From Chrysochromulina tobinii (Eukaryota), in contig JWZX01003105.1 in the NCBI GenBank assembly GCA_001275005.1, positions 1-38,015 of the forward strand: a DNA stretch of 38,015 nt, in the 5' to 3' direction. The notes under the pieces were generated by a model. It was not told the DNA's origin and did no database searches. It saw only the letters and a program-made list of their open reading frames with translations. Below, piece by piece: positions 30,390-38,015 of this stretch. Made by a program: the position numbers and the translations under genes. The number at the start of each line of letters is the position of its first letter. The stretch's first letter is position 1.

Positions 30390-31240
30390 TTACGCCAAGA
30401 AGCCAAGGTCGTGCCCATTCTTCTTTGCCAACTTGATCAGATTCGTGCGCAGCGTCCTGTTTGGGTGCGAATCGAGTCACCACACATCCAGTCAGGCGAT
30501 TGAAGCAGAACGGTGGACTGACACGGCGAGGGGTGGTCTGAAGGTCTGTGCGGGTTCCTGCGATGATGTGCGCACCGCGGCGTCTCCTTGACGAACTCCT
30601 CAAAGTCGATCACCTCGTCGCCGCTTGTGTCCGCCCGCTCAAGGATGCCCGACACCTGCTTCTCCTCGAGAAAATCAAAGCCTAGCGCCTTCAGCGCAGC
30701 ACGGAGCTCCTCCTTGTCGACGCCGCCGCTGCCGTCCTTGTCGGCGGCCTCGAACATTTTGCGGATGACCAGCTGGCCAAAGGGCGACTCGCTCGTGTCC
30801 ACGAAGGCCGAGATCACCTTCGAGTGCTGCGCGATCACCTCGCCACGCAGCTTGTTGAGCTCCTCCTCGCCCATCAGCGCCTTGGCACCTTTGACGATGG
30901 GTGCGAAGATGCCGTTGGCGGCGGGCTTCCGCTTCTTCTCAGCGGCGGGCTTCTTCTCAACGGCCGCAGGCTCAACGGCTGGTGCAGCAGGCGCCGGTCC
31001 CCATGAGGACGAATCGGATGGCGAGCCGGCAACTGCAACTGCTGCCGCCGCAGCATCCGCCGTCGAAATGGCAGGCGGGCCCGGGGCCAGCTCAGGCACT
31101 GAGCTCCACGCGAAGCCTTCGGGCGCCGGGAAGGTGCTCATCCTGACGTGAATCACTGGGTTCATGCTGGCGTGAACTGCTGAGCGCGATGGCGCCAGCA
31201 TGGGCGCCCATGCTGTCGAAAGGAGAAAAATGCCGAGCAT
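30390..31240 (-). CDS. EF-hand calcium-binding protein with plastid-type targeting N-terminus; join(31240..30576,30456..30390), ~243 aa
   Basis: EF loops DKDGSGGVDKEE and DTSGDEVIDFEE; N-terminus MLGIFLLSTAWAP...VRM. Intron 30575..30457 (CG|GTGCGC..AAACAG|G) adds the C-terminus TLRTNLIKLAKKNGHDLGFLA*. Confidence 0.85.
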
Positions 31241-31504
31241 CACGAAGTGTGGCACCGCGCTATAAGAAGAGAACGAGATTTCGTGCAAGATTCCCCATTT
31301 CTCTTGGAAAAGAGAAGAATAATCTCCTTCGACAGTTGCCAAATCCGAATTTATCTGGTGAACGTGTGTGTCCCGATGCCCCGTTCGAATCTTATTGAAC
31401 TTTTGTGAATTCCGCATTCGCGCAGAGGGTCCTGCACAGGCACATTCTCCTCGGATATCGGCCTGGCCAAATAGCTGGCCCTGTGGACCGCGCACAGAGT
31501 TAAT

Positions 31505-32665
31505 ATGCTCCACATTTTAACTGTCGCGCTGAGCGCTTGGTCCAGTAGTTGCGGTTTCGGCTTTGTGGCTTCGCGTTGGCCAAGCCAAGCAGATCAATAC
31601 CCAGCCGCTACACGAAGGGCCGCTTCTCCGATGATGTACACCTGCCGACTTTGCAAGGCCTCGTACACCGCAGAAACGAATGGGCCGACTGCATGCAGGC
31701 ACCACCCTGGGACGCTTCGCGGCGAGAGCGCGCGCAAGGGCGATTGGGAAGGAACGTCAGGAGCCGAACAGGGCCAAAGTGGCGCGCTCGTCTATACGTG
31801 GACTTGCTGTGGCGCTCCCGCAGAAGCCCCTGGCTGCGTGATCGGATTCCACCAATCATATGATGACGTGTCGCCGCCGCCGCCTCCCGCCCGGGCCTCC
31901 TCCCCCCGCGCCTGTGCAAGCGCCGCGATCACCTCGACGCGCGAGTCGCTGTTGGCAATCGCCCGGGAGAATGACGAGACGTTGCCGCAATCGTACTTCG
32001 CAGAGCTTGACTACGACGCGGGCGGCGTGCCTTGGGACCTTCGAGGACGGCCACAGCCTCCGGTACGCAACGCCTACAATGATGGTGCATTCGGTGCGCC
32101 GGGCACCGCCATTCTCGACTGCGGCTGCGGTGCGGGTGGCAATGCGAACTGGCTCGCCGCACGTGGATACGAAATCACCGCGTTCGACTTGAGCCCTAGT
32201 GCTGTATCCACAGCGCTCGCACGCGCAAGCGAGCCCGAGGTCGCACACGCTATCTCAGAGGCACGCGGCTCGGTCGAGTTCGTCCAGGCGTCTGCCGTCG
32301 ACCTCGCGGCTGCGCAGCGCGTGCAGGCACGTGCGCGCGATCTCGGCGGCTTCGAGATCGCCCTCGATTCGGCGATGCTGCATTGCTTGGATGACGAATC
32401 TCAGAACGCCTTCGTCGAGGGCGTGCGCCCTCTCATGCGAGCCGGCGGTCGCCTCTTCATTGGCTGCTTCTCCGATGCCAACCCTGATCCGTGGTCGAAC
32501 CCGCGGCGCATCTCAGAGAACCGGATGCGTGAGTTGCTCTCCCCAGAGCGAGGCTGGCAGATCCGCAGCCTCGACGAGGCGTGGTATGAGCGCCCAGCCG
32601 AGCGATCCGCCTCGGGTGGCGGTGCATGGACCATGGCCTGGTGGTGCGTCGCTGAGGCTGTGTAG
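31505..32665 (+). CDS. Class I SAM-dependent methyltransferase with N-terminal targeting peptide and Cys/His zinc-binding module, 386 aa
   Basis: Motif I ILDCGCGAGGNA..LA..GYEITAFDLSP; ALDSAMLHCL; RAGGRLFIGCFS; upstream CRLC..CRHHPG..WTCCG..PGC..GFH. Confidence 0.85.
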   Translation: MLHILTVALSAWSSSCGFGFVASRWPSQADQYPAATRRAASPMMYTCRLCKASYTAETNGPTACRHHPGTLRGESARKGDWEGTSGAEQGQSGALVYTWTCCGAPAEAPGCVIGFHQSYDDVSPPPPPARASSPRACASAAITSTRESLLAIARENDETLPQSYFAELDYDAGGVPWDLRGRPQPPVRNAYNDGAFGAPGTAILDCGCGAGGNANWLAARGYEITAFDLSPSAVSTALARASEPEVAHAISEARGSVEFVQASAVDLAAAQRVQARARDLGGFEIALDSAMLHCLDDESQNAFVEGVRPLMRAGGRLFIGCFSDANPDPWSNPRRISENRMRELLSPERGWQIRSLDEAWYERPAERSASGGGAWTMAWWCVAEAV

Positions 32666-32982
32666 GCATGGTCGTGGAAAAAGCCGTGGGGAGAACGGCT
32701 ACTCTTGGGTCTCTTTGGAGTGTGAATGACTGCACGTCGACGCGGGTTAACACCCTGGTACCGGTACAACGGACTTCTTGCGCGAGGAGTGTCGTGTCTG
32801 GGGCGTAGGGCTTTTACAAGTACTGTACTGTACTGTATTTGTCAAGTCAACTTGTCTTGACTTGACTGCCTGTCCGGTGTTCATTGTCTTCTTTCATACC
32901 GGTAAAAAGACACCGGGGGGAGCCGGGACACACACGGGACATTCATACCGGTAGCAAGCCCGCGTGCGCAAGTCCACAGGAC

Positions 32983-34480
32983 ATGCTCTTGCATGCGGCC
33001 AGGTCCAGCTCGAGTCGATGGCTGCGACGCAGCCGATGCCTTTCAACGCATACTCCGTGCGACACGCTCATCATCGGCGGTGGTGTCATGGGCTCATCCT
33101 TGGCCTACCACCTCGCCGCAGCGCGGGGAACCGGTGAGGGCATCGTGGTGATCGAGAGAGACAGTAGCTACAAGGTCGCGAGTGCGATGCTGTCGGCTGG
33201 CGGCATCCGCCAGCAATTCAGCCTGCGCGAGAACGTTCAGATGAGCATGTATGGCATCGACTTCCTCAAGCGATCCGCCGCGCTGCTCGCCGTCGACGAT
33301 GACGCGGAGCCGGTCGACGTGCAGTTCCAGGAGCGTGGGTATCTCTTCCTGGCCTCTGCGGCGGGTCACGAGACGCTGCGCCGCAACTACGCGACGCAGG
33401 TGGGCGCGGGCGCGCACTGGATCGAGCTCCTCGATCCCGACGAGCTCCGCGCGCGCTTCCCGTGGCTTCGGCTGGACGGCGTGGTCGCTGGCAGCCTTGG
33501 AACTGCCAACGAGGGCTGGTTCGATCCATGGGGACTGTTACGCGGCATGCGGCGCAAGGCGACGGCGCTCGGAGTGACGTACGTCGAGGGCAGGCCAGTG
33601 GGCGCCACGGTCGATGCGGCCACCAAGCGCGTGCTATCTGTCGACGTGGCGTCGACTTCGCGTTCGAGCGGCGGCGACGGCGGCGGCGTCCTTCAGTTTC
33701 GGCCGGCTCGTGCGGTCGCGAACGCCGCCGGCCGCGCACGCCGCCGCGGTGCTGTCGACGCTGGCGGGCGCGCACCGGGCGCTCGATATCCCGGTGCGCC
33801 CGCGTAAGCGCTGCATCTTCCATCTGCGCTGCCCGCCGCCGCCCGATCAAGCGCCATGGCGAGCGCCCGGTACGACGCCCAACCAAGCGCCATGGCGAGC
33901 GCCCGGTACGACGCCTATGTGGCACGCGCCCTTGACTGTCGACCCCAGCGGCGTCTACTTTCGGCCTGAGGGCGCGAGTAGCACGGAGACGTACCTGTGT
34001 GGCGTCTCGCCCGACGCGCCGTACGACGAGGACGTGTGGGACGCCGACGGGCTCGCGGTCAGCGAGTCGGACCACACGCGTCTCTTCGAGGAGACCATTT
34101 GGCCCGTCCTGTACAACCGTGCGGAAGCCTTTGGCGAGATGAAGGTGCTCGGATCCTCCGAGGACGCGGTGCTGATGACTTCCAATGGCTTCCCTCTGAT
34201 GACGTCTGATTGCCTCCCTCATCAGGTGCTCGGGTCCTGGGCGGGCTGGTACGAGTACAACACTTTCGACCAGAACGCGATCATCGGCTGGCACCCCGAC
34301 CTGCCCAACGTGGTGCATCTGAATGGCTTCAGCGGCCACGGGCTGCAGCACGCACCCGCGGCCGGTAGAGCCGTCGCCGAGCTAGTCGAGCACGGCGCCT
34401 TCCGCACGCTCGACCTCTCACTGTTCAGCTTCGATCGGGTGATGGAAGGCAGGCCGGTGCTCGAGACGGGGATCGTTTAA
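32983..34480 (+). CDS. FOXRED1: FAD-dependent oxidoreductase FOXRED1-like (mitochondrial complex I assembly factor family); one extra base at ~33733 and intron 34145..34225; ~471 aa if corrected
   Basis: Arg/Ser-rich mitochondrial-type presequence; IIGGGVMGSSLAY; LSAGGIRQQFSLRENVQMS; NEGWFDPW; PVRPRKR; WAGWYEYNTFDQNAIIG.HP; GFSGHGLQHAPA.GRAVAEL. Frameshift in NAAG(c)AHAA, so a sequencing error or a pseudogene. Confidence 0.88.
33842..33913 (+). repeat. 36-bp in-frame tandem duplication in FOXRED1
   Basis: PDQAPWRAPGTT / PNQAPWRAPGTT, 34/36 nt identical. Confidence 0.92.
34145..34225 (+). mobile_element. Spliceosomal intron (81 nt, in frame, stop-free) related to the RND-gene intron; candidate introner element
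   Basis: AAG|GTGCTCGGATCCT...GCTGATGAC...CTCTGATGACGTCTGATTGCCTCCCTCATCAG|GTGCTCGGGTCCT. Removal restores FGEMKVLGSWAGWY as expected for FOXRED1. Confidence 0.65.
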
Positions 34481-34566
34481 ATGGAAGTTACAAGTACTGG
34501 GTCGACGGTATTTTTGAACCAGTTTCACACCCTCATCAAGAGTTGCGACGAACTCTCAGCCCCGCC

Positions 34567-36161
34567 ATGAGGGGCTCCGACCACGTTGGGTGCGCGCTCC
34601 AAACTCTCCGGAACCGTCGCGACGTGGTGGTTCGCCATCCGCGAGGCACACTCACTCACCCACCCTCCTGCCCTGTGATCGCTGAACGCTGTGCAGGAAC
34701 AGCGGATGGGGCCAGCAGCAGCAGCTGCAGCAGCAGATGTTACCAGGCATGGGTGGCTTTTCGGGTGACCAGCCGCTCTTTCCCGGGCAGCAGCAGCAGC
34801 CGCAGCGGCACCAGGTGAAGAGTAACCACGTGCGCTCCGGCCAGCAGCAACTCTACGGATCTGAGTCGGCTTCGGGCGGTGGCGGTGGCGGTTTCCGTGG
34901 TGGCGGCGGCATGGGCGACGGCGGCATGGGCGACGGCGGCATGGGCGACGGCGGCATGGGCGGCTGTTCAATCAGCAGCGTCGCGACGACCGAGCGCGGC
35001 TTCAACATGAGCGCCCCCGCCTTCACCCCAGTCGGTGTCGCTGGCGGCGGCGGCAGCGGCGGCGGCGGCGTCGGTGGCGTCGGCCTGCCGCCCCTCGGCT
35101 CGCACTACGTGCCCACGCAGCACCACGAGGCAGCAAGGCACAGCACCGGCGTCGCTGCGCCGCCCGCATTTTCTTCGACTGAGGCGGTGCCTCTGGCGGG
35201 GCTGCTAGAGGTCTTGGCACAGATGAAGGACGAGGTTCGCCATGCAATGGGCCGCTGCATGCAGACGCCCTCAGCCGGCGATGAACTCGGAGCAGGCAGC
35301 GCCCAGGCAGGCCGCCGCGAGAGCGAGGAGGCAGAGGAGGCAGGCCGCCCCACCCCCGCCGAGCTCCAGCTCACGGAGGAGAACCAGGAGCTGCGCCTGC
35401 AGCTGCGGCGCACGGAGGCAGAACTGGCCGGCGCCCGCCACGAGGTGGCCAGTCTTACTGAGCAGCTGATGCGCTCCATTCTCACTCTGAAGGCGCAGAC
35501 TGATAAGCGGCGCGCCACGCCCTCGCTGACAGAGTTGGTCACGTCAGTCGCATCCTCGGCCGCCAGTAGGGCCATGCTCGAGGCCGGCGAAGCCCTGCGG
35601 TTTATGGATGCCGGTACGCCAGGTATGGTGGGCATGCCAAAGCCGCCGCCGCCGCCCGTTGCGGATGCGATGGAAGACACCGGCTCCGGAAGGGACGGTG
35701 CGAGCGTGAGCAGCGCGGCGTTGCCTCGTGGGGCTCCTCTTCGAGATGTACTGCGTGCGGAGCTCGCCAAGCGCGAGGCGGAGATCGAGGCCGCGCGGAA
35801 GCAACTTGGTCAGGCCGCTTCGATGAGCAGTGCGCTTCGTCTCGAGTTGAACAGGAAGGACGTTCAGATTCGTGAGCAGCAAATTCAGATGCAGCAGCAG
35901 GCCGCCGTTATCGCACACCTACGCGCCGAACTGAGCGTGCCTTCAACGGCCGTCAACGGCCAGAACAGCGGCGTGCTCGGGCAGCAAGGGGGCCTCAGCA
36001 CGCCACGTGTGCACTCGCAAGACGCGTCGCCGAGAACGCCGCGCACCGGGCAGCCATTGTCGACGCCGTCGCGGCCGCCGTCGCGGCCGCCGCACGGGGC
36101 GTCGCTCGAGCCCGACATCCTCGGCGGCCTCGCCCTTCCTATAGGCTACATTGCCGAATAG
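34567..36161 (+). CDS. Hypothetical coiled-coil protein with Gln/Gly-rich N-terminus; join(34567..34589,34697..36161), ~495 aa
   Basis: 474-aa ORF with two heptad regions (LTEENQELRLQLRR..; LRAELAKREAEI..). A short upstream exon joins in frame via GG|GTGCGC..GTGCAG|G (107 nt). Confidence 0.7.
34905..34962 (+). repeat. 15-bp coding tandem repeat (GGMGD) x~3.9
   Basis: GGCGGCATGGGCGAC x3 plus a partial unit. Confidence 0.95.
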
Positions 36162-36708
36162 ACTCGAGTAGAAATCCGTAACATGTTTGAAGCGACTTGA
36201 AAGGTCGCGTACATTAGAGCACATGGATAGTCGCTCGAGGCCCTGGTCCGCAGCCATCTTACTGTGTGTGTGGAGAGACTGTAGTGCTGGTTGTGCACCG
36301 CCTCAAACCGATCTGTCTTTAACGGAAGCAAGCAAGCATCTGTCTCAACTCTAATTAAGTCGAGACAACACAAGTACCTAAACAAGCGCAAGTTCGAATA
36401 CCCCTGTAGCCAGCGGAGTAGGAAAGGGTTGCTTGCTTGCTTGCTTTAACGGAAAATGAGTCGCTATTCATTTTCTTGGAGGAAACCTTGAGTGTGCTGT
36501 TGTAATGGCTAATGCATGCGCGAAACGAAACGACATCGACGCAAAACGCGTTTCGTCAGCCCAAGTCCCCGACAGAACCGAACGACGCGAAGGACCGCCA
36601 CAGACTACTCGGTCGAGAAATACGTGTCCTTCCGGTGCAGCTCCTGCACTCTCCTCTTCGCGCGCTGCCATTTGACCCTCAATCGCGTCCCAATCGCCAC
36701 CAGACAAT

Positions 36709-37659
36709 ATGATGGGCATCGCGGTGTTCGGTGGGCCGTCCAAGACGCCGCTCGATACCCGCCCGTTTCTAGGACCTGCGGGCGGCAGCACGGTCATCAT
36801 GAGAGGGCCACGGGTCCTTGTGACCAACCAGACGCCGTGGAATGACGTGCGCAACTCGCACGAAGCACGATCTGCGCAGGCGATGGCATCGTCCGCATCC
36901 GAACGAGTTCTACTACATGCGGTCGAGCAGCGGGGCGAGCGGTTGCACCGTGCCGCCTCCGCGGGGTGCTTCCGGCGTGCCGATGGGCATGTGCGCAAGC
37001 AGTGCCCCACGTGTGGGCACGCATGGCTCGACAAGCACCGCAAAAACGAGTGCCCCAAGTGTCTCAAGCCCTTGAGGGAGTGCGATCCGCGCAACCCAAG
37101 TCGCCCTAGCCCCAACCTGCTCAAGCGGCCAGCCCTACGGCCGCCCACGGCGGGTAGCATGTCGCGGCTCGGTCTCCTGCAAGGCACCACAAACATGACA
37201 GCAAACCCGTCGATGAGTTCGTTCCGCCTGCTGGCACCTCCCTCGCCTGTGCGACCCGCGCCACAGCTGACCTTCCAGGCGCATTTTCTGCCTCCGGATC
37301 TGCCTCCTCCAGCTCCCGCCAGCAGCGCGACATCGACTCGGCAGCGGCAGCGCGTCGAGATCTCGCCCAGAAGCGGCAAGCAACGGCTCGTCACCGATCA
37401 CGCTGCGTTTGGAGAAGATGCAGATGAATTCCAGGCCTTCGTGAGAAGGCGGGAGGATGCAGAATTTCAAGCTTTCGTCCAATCGTGCGCAGTCCTAGCG
37501 GCGCAGACACAGGCGGCCGCGGTGGGCCGGCTGGATGCCGAGCGAGCCGAGCTGACTGCCAAGCTGAATGCTGAGGCGGTGGCCAAGCTGACAGCCGACA
37601 AAGCTGAGTGGCTCAGAAACGATGTACGCCTCTGGGCAGCCGGCGGCCGCGCTGAGTGA
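36709..37659 (+). CDS. Hypothetical protein with CxxC..CxxC zinc-ribbon motif, 316 aa (5' end uncertain)
   Basis: [20 protein letters not shown]; Pro-rich linker; helical C-terminus with duplicated ED(AD/A)EFQAFV. Confidence 0.6.
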   Translation: MMGIAVFGGPSKTPLDTRPFLGPAGGSTVIMRGPRVLVTNQTPWNDVRNSHEARSAQAMASSASERVLLHAVEQRGERLHRAASAGCFRRADGHVRKQCPTCGHAWLDKHRKNECPKCLKPLRECDPRNPSRPSPNLLKRPALRPPTAGSMSRLGLLQGTTNMTANPSMSSFRLLAPPSPVRPAPQLTFQAHFLPPDLPPPAPASSATSTRQRQRVEISPRSGKQRLVTDHAAFGEDADEFQAFVRRREDAEFQAFVQSCAVLAAQTQAAAVGRLDAERAELTAKLNAEAVAKLTADKAEWLRNDVRLWAAGGRAE

Positions 37660-38015
37660 GCGTTGCCAGGTGCGTTAGCTAGTACATGGGTTGCAGCTGC
37701 AAGTGCAACCCGCATGGGTCGGCGTACGGCGGTCGATCCCGGTACGGTAACGCGGTGCGTGAGGCGTCGTGCGTGATAACGCTTAACGGACGAGAGCGAG
37801 AGAGATTTAATGCGCAGATTTGAAACTGAAGACTGAACAAAAGCCGTGTACACCCCGACCTGCCCAATTGGCGGGACCCCCTCGCCCATAGGGTGGGGGT
37901 AGGGTAAAAGTGAGGGCATTTTGGCGTAAGATGGTAAAAGTGTGCAGGGTACAAGATTCGCGTAAAACGGTAAAAGTCCTCGTGCCTCCGCCATCGCCCT
38001 CCCCACCGCCGCACA

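Noticed and set aside
30437..30575. C-terminal tail CAHHRRNP.. of ORF 30437..31513
   Set aside because: It is intron read-through; splicing at CG|GTGCGC gives a more plausible C-terminus ending at 30390.
36385..36405. GTTCGAA T-loop-like words (also near 30330 and 31383) as tRNA genes
   Set aside because: No T-stem, acceptor stem or D-arm pairing could be built around them.
1..38015. Autonomous transposon, viral or prokaryotic defence genes
   Set aside because: No transposase, reverse transcriptase, integrase, capsid or cas motifs were recognised in any ORF; any enzyme that mobilises the candidate introners is not in this window.

Overview
GC-rich, very gene-dense eukaryotic nuclear DNA with short spliceosomal introns (GT..AG, about 80-140 nt). 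The gene content (plastid-type bipartite N-termini, flagellar genes, plant-type KCS) and intron style suggest a flagellated alga with a secondary plastid, most likely a haptophyte; this is an inference, not a database result. About 18 protein-coding loci are present: KCS fatty-acid elongase, histones H2A and H2B, a PYG-repeat ciliary protein, an ARM-like protein, a CAP-Gly/EF-hand protein, a RING-H2 protein, a DGAT2-family acyltransferase, CFAP74, a secreted low-complexity protein, a giant Patched/Dispatched-like RND protein, an EF-hand protein, a Zn-motif/methyltransferase fusion, FOXRED1 and several hypotheticals. Four signals stand out. (1) Two unrelated genes carry related repeat-built introns whose 5' ends duplicate the downstream exon start, which looks like an introner (intron-generating element) family. 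(2) The distant H2A and H2B genes share an identical 27-nt 3' stem-loop element and a 31/33-identical promoter element. (3) The RND/sterol-sensing transporter carries an inserted module of about 20 TM helices built from five repeats. (4) Several apparent single-base frameshifts interrupt otherwise intact genes. No rRNA, tRNA, CRISPR array or transposase was found.
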